Positions 14,233 through 31,269 of a stretch of 64,000 nt of DNA are shown here, piece by piece. The stretch comes from the human T2T-CHM13v2.0 reference genome, Homo sapiens. The position numbers and the translations under genes were made by a program. Under the pieces are notes generated by a model. That model worked only from the letters and a program-made list of their open reading frames with translations, did not search any database and was not told where the DNA came from. Numbering within the stretch: the stretch's first letter is position 1; each line of letters begins with the position of its first letter. The stretch lies in NCBI RefSeq assembly GCF_009914755.1, contig NC_060931.1; one strand, given 5' to 3'.

Positions 14233-16068
14233 TCTACCTATAAACCAAAAACTTTTAAACTTACATATCCAGGTGCCATCTTTCTCCTAAACAGCAGGCT
14301 TTGTTTTACAGTAGCTTTTGTGACTCTCCACTTGCAAATCTAATAAGCATCTCAAATTCAAGCTGTCTGAATAAGAACTCCTGACTTACCTTTCCCAAAT
14401 TTTCTACCATTTTCTTCCAATTCAGAAAATGGAACCACCATTTACCCAGTTCTTCAGCACACCCATATCTAAGCCATCAGCAAGTTTTGTGAGTTCAGCA
14501 TCAAAATCCGTCTGGAATCTGTCCTCTCCTGTTACTCTAAGGCAAGTCAACACTGGCTAATACCTGGACTCTTTTAAAACTATCTAACTGAACTCTGCTC
14601 CCAATGTTAAAGTGATCAGAGGATTTATACATTTTAAAAATGAATGTTGCTGAGGTGAAAAAGTTTTTGGATAGGATTTTTCAGATGATAACTTTTATTT
14701 CTATATTTAAATATGAAAATATGTTCAACCCTGTGTCTATACATGATAGTCAAATTTTCAACCAAACTTCATTAGTTGACTCTATCAAGATTCTTACACC
14801 CTTAGAAAGTAGGTAGGACTGGGGAAAAACAAAGACAGATTAGTTTTATATTTTAGCTTTAATTTCCTCTGTTAGATTTATATATATATTCTTCATTTAC
14901 ATATAGCCCATTTATACCTTAGGAACCTCAGCATACATTGAGGAAAAAATCATTCTGTATTAAGATTATATTCATATCCACAAATTTGTTTGAATAGTTT
15001 GACTGACGAACAGTCAAATCAGTCCAAAAATCAGATATCACTCTAAAAAAGTTGTCAGTTAAAAAAAAGTTAAGTATTTTCTTAAATGTAAAACTGTTAT
15101 TGACTTGCAACTTTCTTTTTAGACTGGTGGCCTTTTTATTTTTTACTCTTTAAAAATCAGTTTCACAAAGGTATATTTTACATATAGAAATTTACCAATT
15201 GTAAGTGTACAATTTGATTTGTGAGTACTGGTAGATAGTTAGCCACTGCTACAATTATGACAATATAATATTTCCAACATCCTTAAATTCTCCTTATATC
15301 CCTCTGCAGTCAATCCCCTACCCAGGGCCCATCTCTGGCCACTACTTATCTGTTTTCTTTACTCTTGCGTTGCATTTTCTAGTATTTAATAAAAACTGAA
15401 TGATGCAATATGTAATCTGTTGTTTCTGTTTGCTTTCATGTGGCAAGATTCTTTTGCGACTCATCCATGTTGATGAATGTTCTAAAACCCACATTATATT
15501 GCTATCATTCCTGCTTTAAATAGTTAATTGTCTTAACAAAATTATTAAATGGAAACATTTTTATTTAGTTATATATTTACTATTTTTGGTGCTCTTCATG
15601 CTTTGTGTGGATTGAAATTTTTCTGCTACAATGTTCCTCCTCCCTGAAGAATTACTATGATTTTCTTATAATACAGGTCTGTTTGTGATTAATTCTCTCA
15701 GTGTATTGGCCAGAAAATATTTTTTATTTTGCTTTCATTTTTGAATGATATTTTTACTCCTTAAGAATTCTTGATTAATATTTTTTTTTGCACCAGATCT
15801 TTAAAAATATTGCTTTATTGTCTTTTGTACTGCATAGTTTCCAGCAAAAAATTGGCTGTAAATCTTTATCTCTTTCCTCGAAACATTGATGTCTTTTCTC
15901 ATTTGGTTGCTTTAAACAATTTTCAACTTAGAACTGGTTTCAGCAATTTAACTATAATGTGTTTAGGAGTGGTTTACTTATGTTTATTCTGTCTGGGGCT
16001 TGTTGAATTTTTAGATGTATGAATTTATAGTTTCATCAGATTTGGAAAATATTTAGCCATTATTTCTT

Positions 16069-19081
<3,013 letters not shown>

Positions 19082-20668
19082 TTAAAGAAATAATGGCTAA
19101 CCCTTCAAAACCCTAGCCATTATTTCTTTAAATATTTTTTTCTGCCTTCAACACCTCTTCCTCTAGGACTCTAATTATGAGAAACAGATAATTAATATTT
19201 TCCCACTGAATATTAATGCTTGGTTCATTTTGTAGTCATTTTTTCTCTGTATTTCATTTTGGATTGTTTATATTGCCATGTTTAGAAATGCACTGATCTT
19301 CATAATGTCTCATATACTGTTAATTGCATCCACTGTATTTTCATTTCATATATTATACATTTTTAAATCTCAAGATATTCTATTTTTGCTTTTTGATATA
19401 TTTCATTTTTCTTCATTATGTACATATTTTCTGCTACCTAGGTGAACATATGTAGCATGTTCACAGTAGCTCCTTCAATGTCCTCTTTTTTTTGCCATTT
19501 CCATCACCTCTCTCATTTTTGCACTGGTTTGTTATTTATTTTTGCTAATTAGAGATCATATTTTCATGCTTCTTTGTATGTCTATTAATTTGTGTGTGTG
19601 GTTTTTTTTTTTTTTTTTTGGTTAGACATTGTGAATTTTACTTTGTCATATTCCCTAAAATAGAGTTGGATTTTGTTCTGGCATAAGACTAAATTCCTTG
19701 GAATCAGATGGATGCTATCAAAGTTTGTTTTTAAGATTTGTTAGGTCAGGTCCAGAGTTGTCTGTAGTCTTGGGCTAATTGATTTCCACTATGAATGAGA
19801 CATTATTTTGAGAAGTTTATCTAATACTCCATATTTTCCTATTTCTTTCCAATCAGGCCAGTGAGAATATGAACTATTCCCATCATGATATCAGCCTCTG
19901 GAATTGTTCTGCAAGCTCTTTTCCATTGGTTCTTTGCCCAGCCTAAGGTAGTTTCTCTCACATATTTGCATCTCAGCATAAAGCCAAAAACTAGAAAGTG
20001 TCCCTGTGTAGAATTTAGAGCTGTCTTTCTGTGTATCTTCCTCCTCTCCAGTAGTCTCTCCTGAAAAGCTATCTTGTTCTCCCAGAGCTTCAATCTCTGA
20101 TTCCTTAATGTAGTGAGACATCTGGACACTGAGGGTCTCCTGCCTGTGTTGCTGCTTGGAAACTGCCTCCAGTAAAATTGAGGGCTTGCTTTATTTATTT
20201 ATTCAGCGATCACATTCACCAATCATCTGTTGCTGAAAGCTTAAAAAATGTTCTTTTATTTATTTTGTCCAACCCTCTAGTTGCATGATGCAGAATAAAT
20301 TTGGTCTCTGCTCCTTTACTTTGTTCAGAAGTGGAAGTCCTGTATATATTTAGCTGTTTGTTTGTTTGCTTGCTTGCTTGTTTTACTAGTAATCTATTAG
20401 TTTTAATAGAAAAGGGGTTTTGATAGTGTGGCATACATTACACAATCCATGCAATTGTTTGAATGAATAATTAATAGTTACATCATGAGTTGAAGGGCAT
20501 ATTATTCCTAAATATTTTTAAAACAAAATGGTGGTAGATGAAAATTAAATACAGCAACACATCAATTTGCCTTCAGGCTCCATGGAGGATGGATCCCCCC
20601 AGGCATAAAAGTTTGTAGAAGCTCCTGTCTATGAGCTTGTAAGACTTATGTAAGGTCTTACAACCTTA

Positions 20669-20741
20669 CAACCTCCGCCTCCCAGGCTCAAGTGATCCTC
20701 CTGCCTCAGCCTCCCAAGTAGCTGGGACTACAGGCACACAC
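20669..20741 (-). mobile_element. Alu right-arm fragment (AluJ-like)
   Basis: caacctccgcctcccaggctcaagtgatcctcctgcctcagcctcccaagtagctgggactacaggc. Confidence 0.9.
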
Positions 20742-20975
20742 GTGCTATCGCTCTAGTTTTCAGTTTAGCTCCCATCATGCCAGAGGGTGCCTCTTCCAAA
20801 TGCATGGAGCTAGCGGGCTTCGCCAGAATGCTTGTATACCAGAGCAAAGGCTGACTTGGCTTTCTTAGTGCCCCTCATACATGTGTATCCATGAAATACT
20901 GTTCTCAGGCTGGAAAGATTTTCGCTCAACTTTTCTTCCTTCACCCTCTAATTTCCTCTTTAATTCTGTGTTTTC
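20742..20975. repeat. Interspersed repeat, copy A (possibly a FordPrefect hAT-Tip100 internal fragment)
   Basis: Alignable to 47356-47590, with a 38-bp exact match. Family name is from memory only. Confidence 0.6.
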
Positions 20976-20977
20976 AC

Positions 20978-21011
20978 AGAGGCGGGGTTTCGCCATGTTG
21001 CTTAGGCTGGT
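20978..21011 (-). mobile_element. Alu left-arm fragment
   Basis: agaggcggggtttcgccatgttgcttaggctggt. Confidence 0.85.
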
Positions 21012-21014
21012 TTA

Positions 21015-22430
21015 CTGATTTTCCTATGAAATTCCTGTCTACTTTGTTGATTGTCAGAAACTCTTTATGATTGGGATATTAATACTTTGTTGTTTTTAAT
21101 ATTGCAAATATCTTCTCTATCATCTTCATGATCTCCTTCATTGAAAGACAATTTTAATTTTTATCATTCAGACAATGAGTTCTTTTAAAAACTCTATGAT
21201 ACGTATATTTGTAGCTTTACTTAAGCCATTTAGTATATTCAGGATATGGAGAAGTCTCCCAGACTTTTTTTCTTCTAGCTTTTGAAGCATGTGATATAAG
21301 AACATTTTACCCTACTTTGTAAAAATATCTACTTTGGAACAAAGTGATAACCCACAAAATGTCTCGAAACTTCTTGGCTTAGTTAATGGTCATGATTTGT
21401 TTCCAATATTTTGTTATAAAACATTTCAAATATACAGAAGAACTGAAAGTATTGCCATGAATGTCCACATAGCCACAGGCCATATTCAAAAATTATAAAC
21501 ATTTTTCTATATTTGCTTTAACTATATATTTTCACTTCAGAGTAAAGGTGACAGTTTCTTTGAATTCTCTTGTGTCCTTAGAATATATGCCACTAAGGTT
21601 ATACAGTCACAGCGTTCTGTTTAGACCACACTTAAAAAATCATTTTTCCTTCTCTGTCTCTTTGTTGTCATGTTATCAGTTTGGTAAATAATTGGTTTAT
21701 TTGTTTCAGCTTGCTTTAGATTTTTAGACAATCTAAAGCAAAATGATAGTATGTTTCAAAAGTCAAAATGATATAAAATATTAGTGAAGTCCGCTCTCAT
21801 TTCAGTCATCTCAACTCTGTCAACTCCTTTCTTCATAGGTGACCATTTTTATTATTTTTTGTTCTATCATTCAGTTGTTTCTTACAAAAGTAAGCAAATA
21901 CATATTTTTCTATTTTCTTTCTTACACAAAAGTGTCATAAAATATTCATTGCTCTGTATTTTGATTTTTTCTATCCTAACAATAATACCCAATATCACTC
22001 CATATCAGCACACTGAAATCTTTTTCTTTCTTTTTTTATGGTCACATAATACTACATTATGTCCATGTATCATAGTTTATTTAACCAGATGGCTAGTAAT
22101 GGACATTGGGATTATTTTGAATTTTTTTTCATACATGTAGAGGCACGTCTTCATGGTAGATTTCTTAGAGGCAGAATTTCCTGATCTAATGACATAGATT
22201 TCTTTAAGATAATGCCAATTCTATGGGAATTGTAACTATTTGCACACTATTCAGCAGTATAGGATAGTTTCTGATTCTCTGCAGCCCCACCGTTAGAGTG
22301 TGTTTTCAAACTTTTGGAGTTTTGCCAATCTGATAGGTGAGAAATTATATCCCATTGTAGTTTTAATTGGTGTTTCTCTTATTACAAATGAGGATGATTA
22401 TCTTTTTATATATTTGACAGTTTATATCTT
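21015..22430 (-). mobile_element. Degenerate L1ME fragments
   Basis: attgcaaatatcttctc; aaacatttcaaatatacagaag; gatggacatt-like motif; tttgccaatctgataggtgagaaa...ttgtagttttaatt. Confidence 0.6.
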
Positions 22431-24299
22431 TTGGGAACCTCCTCTCCCATTCTGTCTATATGGCTGGGGAGTGCCTCATTAGGTTAAGTTAATCTGCATA
22501 TCTTATTCCCTTCACCACAATGATTGGTTCAGAGAGAGACAATTGGCATGTTTTGAGCAAGTAAAGTCAGTTCTAGAGCAGGATTGTGATTTCTCTTGCA
22601 GACTACAGGATTGAGTCACATTTTATTCACATTCTTTACCTCATGGGAGCAAAGTCATTACTTCCCCTTTTTGCATTGACAATTTTTTAATACATTAAAC
22701 AAATTATTATTACTTACTATATTTCTTAGTAAATTTGAACTATGTGGAAACCAAACAAGTATATTAAGTGTAAAGATTGATCAAGGCAAGAAGATAAGTT
22801 AACATTTTTGTGTGTGTTTTTGCTTATATTTTTATTTTGAAGGATAGTTTCTGTTACAGTGATTTAGTTTACTATAAATTTTTAACAAATGTCTTATAAA
22901 AATAATTATTTCAGCTTAATTTCTCTTTTAAAATCCAAAATAAGACATCCAGAAATGGTTTAGTTGACCCTTCAGTGATAATCATTTTAAAGAATATTGA
23001 ATATTTTACTCACAACAAATAAAACGTGGTTTTAAAAATAGAAACTCTTACAAAGTTCTTAATATATTTGTTGTGAATATTAACTTGTGTAGATCATTGT
23101 CCTTTATGTCTTTCATCTGTAACATGTAGACAAAACAATGCATGCAGTAAAGGCATTGTGATTAAAAGTGATTTAGGCATTCTGGAAAAACCTTGCATTT
23201 AGTAAAATTGTACTTAGAGGAAAAAGAGGAATGGGGTGAACTACTGAAACTCTAGGCAACTCTGTTTCCATATCACTAGCAAAAATAATAACAACTCTGA
23301 GAACGCACTAATATACCCTAAAAGATATGTCACACCCCAATAAATTAAATAAATAACATGGCACTGTAGGACTTTATATTTAAAAACAGATGAAGGTAGC
23401 TTGTTGGAAGGAAATTTAAGAAAGCCTTGAGGATGTTTGAGACAAATGCAGAGTGCGCAAAATCAGGAAAAATCCAAATACAAATTTCTCCAAGACAAAT
23501 CATGTGACCAAACTGAGTAGAGAGAAAGAATGCCAAATGGCCAGGCATTGAGTACAGCACTATATTCTGTTTTGCTGGTAGTTACACTTAGAATACTTTG
23601 CCTTTTGCTGATGCTATATGTGACATGAAATAGTAATGTGACAAGAAAACTATTCTTTATACTAACATCATTTTTCTGTTTACTGAGCCACCTGTGAGCT
23701 AATTCCTGTTACAGAGACATATTACTTGAGAAAAGAATTACTTAATAGTCTACCTTGAACAAAATAACAGCTTAAGCTTCTTTCATCACTATCCTTATTT
23801 AAAATATGTATTATTTTGATAGTTTACTGATCACTAAGTTTATGTTTTATATATCTAAGGGATTTTTAGTACACAGTGCCAATTTGTCAATGAAAATCCA
23901 TACAAGAGCGTGTGCATTAAAATATTTACATTATTATTGTTATTAAATATTTAGGAATCTGAAAAATATAGTTTACTAAATAAAAAATACAATGAATGTG
24001 AATACAGATCATTTTATTCAACTTCACAAAACTTAAAAGTTTCACAAACGTTCTGCATAGTCATATTTCTCAACATAGGGTATTTATCTTTATGCCAACA
24101 TTTTCAAACCAAATCTTGTAAGAAATGACTAAAGTATATTAAGTTTGGCCTTCTTAGATATGCTTTAACATATGTTTACTTCTGATAACTCAAGTTAAAT
24201 TATATAGCATTTTGCACCTAGAAAACTGTATGTGTAAAAATAGTATTCACTGTCCCCTCCATGTTCTTTGAAAGATTGTAAACAATTTTTTTTCTGAAC

Positions 24300-24790
24300 A
24301 TAAATGAATAAAAGAATAATCCTTGTCCATTGGGAGCTTACTGTCTACAATGGATGATAAAATTTCTGTACTATGTGGAGTTCTGTGGTAGAGTCAATAC
24401 AAGCTGTCCCAATAGAGATGGTGAGAATCTATGCTTGCCTGAGTGGTGCATAGCAAAAGACTTTCCAGAAAAGATCATGCTGAGGCTAAATGATAAGATA
24501 AAATAATAGAGTATGACAAGAGTAGAGAAGCACATCCAGACAGAAGGAGATGAGTAAGAACTTGGCAGAATGCAACTGGACAATATTTCTGCAAGGTTGC
24601 AATGTAAACTAAATGGGAGAGTGGAAGAGTAGAGGATGAAGCAGGAGACATAAAATCGGGTCACAAAGTACCTAGTGTGTCAAACAATTGCACTTACCCT
24701 AATAGATTTTGGGCAGTGAGATAGTGTGTCAGTTGGATGCCTCTGGCAGGTAGGTGGAAAATGTATTATGAGTAAGGAAAAGACCCTGAG
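24300..24790 (-). mobile_element. L2 fragment
   Basis: ccttgtccattgggagcttactgtcta; gactttccagaaaag...ctgaggct. Confidence 0.5.
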
Positions 24791-24958
24791 AACTTTAGCA
24801 CTTTAAAAATATTGCTATTATATAGTTGTGACTGATCACAATGTAAAAACTAATAATGATTTTACATTTTTTTATTAGATATATTCATTACAAATTAATT
24901 AAGCATATTCATTATCTCTTCCTAAACGGATCTTCCTGAGGGAGAGTATACCTTACCC

Positions 24959-25265
24959 GTATATATGTATGTATGTATGTACCTTTATAGAGACAGATTC
25001 TCCCTTCGTCTCTCAGGCTGGAGAGCAGTGGCAGCAAGATCATAGCTCACTGCAACTTTAGACTCCTGGGATCAAGTGATCCTCTCACCTCAGCCTCCTG
25101 AGTAGCTAGGACTGCAGATGTGTGATACCACACCTGACTGACTTTACATTTTTGTAGAGATTGGGGTCTCCCTATGTTGCCAAGATTTGTCTGGAACTCC
25201 TAGCCCCAAGCTATCCTCCCACCTTACCCTCTCAAAGCACTGGGATTATAGCACAGTGCCTGGCC
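24959..25265 (-). mobile_element. AluJ (Jo/Jr-like) with (TATG)n-derived tail
   Basis: gatcatagctcactgca...tttgtagagattggggtctccctatgttgcc...tgcctggcc. Confidence 0.92.
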
Positions 25266-25399
25266 TCCTTACTCATTTCTATGGGTAATAATAATGGTTA
25301 CTATTCAGAGATTGCATTCTGTTTTCTAGACAATGTGGAAAGAACTTTGAATATTTCATCTTGCTGAATTCTTGTAATATGATTCTAACTCTTAGCTGT

Positions 25400-25580
25400 T
25401 AATGCCCTCACAGCCTTTAAACCTTCCCATCTGAGACTCTAGTCATTATGGGGCAGAGAACATTCATTCTTTCTCCGACTGTTCAAGCTCCAGACCTACA
25501 CAATCCATGAGCATAGTAAAGTGGATGTTTTATGATACTAAGTTCTGGGGTAGTTTGTTACGCAGCAATAGTAACAGAAA
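25400..25580 (+). mobile_element. MLT1G/H-like LTR 3' end
   Basis: actaagttctggggtagtttgttacgcagcaatagtaac. Confidence 0.6.
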
Positions 25581-25994
25581 AAAAAAAAGGAACTTTCATG
25601 TTTTGTACTTTAAAATTTTGAAGAAGAATCTATCTGTGTAGCATTGTTATCAAAGTTGGATAATCTTTAGATAGTTATTTATGCTTTTTTCTGTATTTCT
25701 ACCTAGTCTTTCCCCTCATTCACCTAAGTGGCAAGTTTCTCAGAGGAGATATATGGCTCCAGTGTTAATATCCATCTGACCAGCTCTGGTCAGTGGGGTG
25801 TCGTCTTACATCAGAGGCTACTTTTCTCAGAAGAGGACTGGGAGAATAATTATGTGACAGTTAAATGTTCACAGATAGTCCAGTATAAAACACACACCTT
25901 TGTTAATTAAAAAGTAAAAGCTTTTTGGAAGATTTTAAAATAACATTCAAATCTGTAGGTTATAGGCAGCTTAACTCCTGTCACTAGAAGATAC

Positions 25995-26420
25995 TGACAA
26001 GTAGATCAATGGTAGATTACATATTATAACAAGTAGAACCCAAAATGTATAATGGTGCAAACACAATATAAGTCTATTTCAAGCTCATGTAACAATTTTT
26101 GATAGGAAGGTAAGTCAAGGAGCTGTCTCTTCCATGCAGTCATTCAGGGACCTGGACTGCCAGAGACTATAATTTTCAACACATGCCTTTCAAGCTGGAA
26201 TAGGAGAAAATTTAAGGAAGCAAGCCAAGGGAGGATTTTATGGGCCCAGGTATGGGTCTGAAAGTAGCAAACATTACTTCTGACTATACTTCATTGGCTG
26301 GAACTAAATAATATCACCACACTGATTTTTAAGAGAGACTGTATTATAGCCGTGTACCCTGGAAAAAATGAAGAACCTGGACTTCTTCCTGAGTACACAA
26401 AGGACTTTGGCAAGCTGTAA
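25995..26420 (-). mobile_element. MLT1J/K-like LTR
   Basis: ccatgcagtcattcagggacc; acattacttctgac...cattggctggaact. Confidence 0.6.
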
Positions 26421-28941
26421 CAGTCTCTGTAACAAACACAAATGATACATTTAAATTTAGTGTATTTACTGATAGTAACTTTAGACAATTAAAATAAAAT
26501 TGAAGTGTCATTTCATAACTCTTCTTGTGTTTTCCTTCCTTATTTGCTCTGTTATATCCTTGACTAATGTCTGAACTGATTCCGCTCCTACCCTTACCCT
26601 TTTCAAGATGTAAAACTGAGAACATTTCTCTAATCAGAGTTTTTATAGCATAGAAAGATAATTCAAAATGTGACTGCAATAAAGAAAGGCATAGGTGCTG
26701 GACTTGAGTGGCCATTCTCTGGTTGACTAGTTAGCTAAGGGATTACGCTGACATGACATTTTATCTCTTTCTCCACTGCATTCTTTTTGTGGATTGAAAA
26801 AAATTCTGTGCATATTTTTTCTTCTGTCCTTGTGCTTTATTTAAACTCTTTACCACAGAGACAATTTGAACTGATTGATATGTGTGACCACAAATCAGCA
26901 CAGGGCATATCTGGGTTGGATGAGAAAACCATGAGCAGGAATTCCTAAATACTGATGCACACAAAGTAAAACAATCTAGTGACTTCTTTGTTTTCAGGTT
27001 TTTTTTTGGGGGGGGGGGTATAGAAATGCCCTTCCTTTTATATATAATGTTTACAGGAAACTACACGTATTTAAATATATATATAGATTTTATATTTAAA
27101 ATGTACATGTATATATTTAAAAATATACATATAGTTTGTCACAAACTAATTTTTCTAGCAATGCTTCTCCACCCATACCCAGAGATTTAAATATGGCAAA
27201 CAGAAATTTACAAATATCCTCCCAAAGTTTTGAAATATTTCTGTCCTATGAAAGCCAACATTTAAAAACTAGTGGCATATTAAAACCAACTTATTAAAAA
27301 AGGTTTGTCCTTGGGCAAGCCCAGGTCTTTGCCTTGTTTTTACTATCATTCACTTACCTTTCTGTTGTGTTTAATTACTGGGGCAGTGGGAGTCCAAATA
27401 TTAAAGCTTTTATTTAGAACACCACAGACATAAAAACATTATAATTTTCATGTTCACATCTCTTTAATAACATTGTTTGTATGCTGTGTAATATTGATGC
27501 TTAATAAGAGTAATGTCAAATTACTTTGCTTAGTAAAAATGGAAAATATTGCTGTTATTGTTTTCCAAAAGATATACATAGTTTCATTTACGGTAACTCT
27601 AAAATGTAAGTAGAGTTTTTTTTTTAAATTAAAATATATAATTTTAAAATACTCTATGCATGTATTTTGAATGAAATCATCTCTTAAATTGATGTCAAGG
27701 ACATCTATTAAAGTTGGAAATATTAGAAGATTCTCTTTTGGTTTGATAATGTTCAAAGTGCTTTTACCTTTGAGCAAAATAACTGCGTATTGAATAAAAA
27801 TCACATTTTGAATGTCTGAATGATGTTGAATTCTTTGCAGCTCAGTTCAAATCTGAAGCAACTACACAAATTACCTTCAGTTTAAAAGTTAGCTAAATTC
27901 AGAGCTTCCGATGTATATTTTAATAATACAATGTTGCGACCTTAACGAGGACTGCATTTGTCTTTAAGTCCACATGATAGCGAAAGCTTAATATTAAAAA
28001 AAAAAAACTTTTGTCTAGCAAAAGTGATTTGAAGATGTTTTGCTCCATGCATGTGAACTCAGCAGGTGATTCTTGCCTATCTTTGATGTCAAACAGCACA
28101 AAACTTCAGTGAGTAGTAGCTTCAGAAATGCAATAGACATAGCTGAGTCTTCATATGAAGCTTATGCTTGAACTACATCAGAAGAACTGACATCTATTAT
28201 GGTGAGCAAAGACAAGTGTTTGAAAAGAGATTCAAACAGAAGTGTCAGAATTTACAGTGCATAGTTTTATATAAGTTGATTTTAACCAAGCATATCTCTA
28301 TGAACTCTGCAGGATAGAAAAGAAATTTCAAAAGGCAGAGAAATTGTTGTCATCTAAGGGCATGGAATGTTTTAATAGCTTAAGGAAGAACATTTCTGAA
28401 AGGTTATGTGGTGATCCATTTACTTTGACTGAGTAATAAGACTTGTCATTGTGATAGTGCAGTTTTTAACCCTTAGAACAACAGAAATGTATGTGAACCA
28501 GAGAGCTTAAAGGGATGCTTGAAAACTCAGAAGAAACTTGAAGTCCATTTTAAGATTCAGTTTTTAGTTACAGATGCTTACTGTAAATTTTCTGAATATA
28601 ATCTAGCCGCTAAGGAGAAAACAAACAAGAAGCAACAAAGTCCATTTTTAGATCTAGTGGATCTTACTGACCTGCACATAAATAAGGCAGAGAAAATTCA
28701 GTTGTTTCCAAATTAGTGCTTTTCAAAATAAAACTAACATTAGTGCTGTTATTTTTGTGTGTATGTGTGTGCTCACTTTTATTCCCAACACTGCACGGGC
28801 TTTGTGAACATTATGAAAATAATAAGTGTGTGTTTGCATTTGTGAGTATGAGTGTAGTGTGCGGCATGCTGCAGAGCAAGGTGGGTGTAACTGTTAGAAA
28901 CCTCGATTGGATAAAGTTTTGTTTGAAATCGTGTTGTAAAC

Positions 28942-29317
<376 letters not shown>

Positions 29318-29984
29318 CTAATTGTTTTTCTAGCAATGTGTCTCTACCCATACCCAAATAGATTTAAACAAAAGTAAAACTGCTTGGCTAAAGCACAGAA
29401 GCTCAATTCCTATGCAGCATTTTCCAGATTGTAATCAACATTTAGCAGTGTGAGATCTACCTCTTCTTAACCTAAAATTAGTACAATTAATGCACCACAT
29501 GGCAAACCATTTGTTTGGTTATTATATGCTAGTGTTTGCTTTTAACAACAAATTTCCTTCCCTAGATTAGCTGCTAAAGCCTCCTTCCAGGAAAAACAGC
29601 CTGGCTAGTCAAATTCAAATCTGTCACTCCCTTAAGTGCCACATCTCAGTTCTTTTAGATTTAATTAACAAATGTATTATATTGCATTTAAACAAATACT
29701 TTCTCCTTCTAAAGTAGTTTAGATCTTTAGAAGGGAAAGAGTAGCACATGGCAAATGTGGGCTGGGTCAGCCTGATTATGAACATATCACATAACACATG
29801 ATCCTTTCTTTTGTGTTACCTAATACAAATTAAGCCACGGAAAAGTAAATTTAACAAATACTTATTAAGTATATATGTTCTACAAAGCACAGGTATAGTA
29901 CTGTGAAGAATTTTTAAAAATGATACAATAATACTAAAATAACCACCATTCATTAAACTGATACTGAATTAGCTCCTCCTATCC

Positions 29985-30365
29985 AGTTGCTGTCTATTTC
30001 CTTCATAGCACTTATGATATCGGGTGATTTGTATTTCTTTACATGTTTAATGTCTTTCTACCTTTTCTTACTTATAAACTCTAAGAAGGTGGGAATCTTA
30101 TAAGTCTTCCTTTTTGCCCTGTCTCCAGTGTCTAGCAGAATTCCTGATACAGGAATTCTGTATGGGCAGTAACATTTTTGTAGAATACATTAATAAATAT
30201 GTTAAATGCTCTATATTCATTATCTCATTTAAGCATCACAATAGGTTCATATTGTTATTATGACTTTGTAGATGTGGAAACTGAGCCTTAGGCAGTGTTG
30301 CATGATTGTTGGAGGTATAATTCAAACACAGGTATGTCTGACTCCAGTACCCAAGATGGTAACTT
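29985..30365. mobile_element. L2 3' end followed by MIR
   Basis: ccttcatagcactta...tccagtgtctagcaga; ttatctcattta...gtagatgtggaaactgag. Confidence 0.7.
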
Positions 30366-30573
30366 TTTCACCAAGTCAATCAGGAGGCTTCATAGTAGGT
30401 TTTTGTTGCTGAAACATAGTCCTCAATAAATGATGCGAGGAATTTATAATCAGGGAGATAAAGCTATACATAAATAAATCATAGAATACAGACTGCAAAT
30501 TGCTATAATAGAAATGCAAAATTACTATAATAGAAATATAAAAATCAATCTATGAATGAGGAGAATGTTAATT

Positions 30574-31205
30574 AATTAATTATACTTTAAGTTCTGGGAT
30601 ACATGTGCAGAACCTGCAGGTTTGTTACATAGGTATACACTTGCCATGGTGGTTTGCTGCACCCAACCCATCATCTACATTAGGTATTTCTCCTAATGCT
30701 ATCCCTCCCCTATCCCTCCACCCCCTGACAGGCCCCAGTGTGTAATGCTCCCCACCATGTGTCCATGTCTCATTGTTCACCTCCCACTTATGAGTGAGAA
30801 CACGCAGTGTTTGGTTTTCTGTTCTTGTGTTAGTTTGCTGAGAATGATGGTTTTGAGCTTCATCCATGTCCCTGCAAAGGACATGAACTCATCCTTTTTT
30901 ATGGCTGCATAGTATTCAATGTTGTATATGTGCCACATTTTCTTTATCCAGTCTATCACTGATGGGCATTTGGGTTGGTTCCAAGTCTGCTATTGTGAAT
31001 AGCGCTGCAATAAACATATGTGTGCATGTGTCTTTATAGTAGAATGATTTATAATCCTTTGGGTATATACCCAGTAATGGGATTGCTGGGTCAAATGGTA
31101 TTTCTGGTTCTAGATCCTTGAGAATTCTCACACTGTCTTCCACAATGGTTGAACTAATTTACATTCCCACCAACAGTGTAAAAGTGTTCCTATTTCTCCA
31201 CATCC
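30574..31205 (-). mobile_element. L1PA7-like 3' fragment (about 630 bp)
   Basis: tatactttaagttctgggatacatgtgcag...; TSD tgaggagaatgttaatt / tgaggagagggttaatt. Confidence 0.92.
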
Positions 31206-31269
31206 TGAGGAGAGGGTTAATTTTAATTAACGGAGGGGGATCTAGGAATGTTTTCTGGAAGTACGTGAT

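Larger units (their letters stand above)
13120..14620 (+). mobile_element. L2 fragment, interrupted by MLT1 and MER47
   Basis: gaaacttctcttgtcaaagtcaatgatgacc; gttgatcactccctc; ctaataagcatctcaaattc; atggaaccaccatttaccca. Confidence 0.75.

Noticed and set aside
20742-20980. Possible H/ACA snoRNA retrocopy (ends ...cacaga)
   Set aside because: No match to a snoRNA I know, no A-tail or TSD, and the ACA is absent from the second copy.
20618-21041. tcctgtcta on both sides of the patchwork as a TSD
   Set aside because: Only 9 bp, and offset about 20 nt from the Alu end; compatible with chance.
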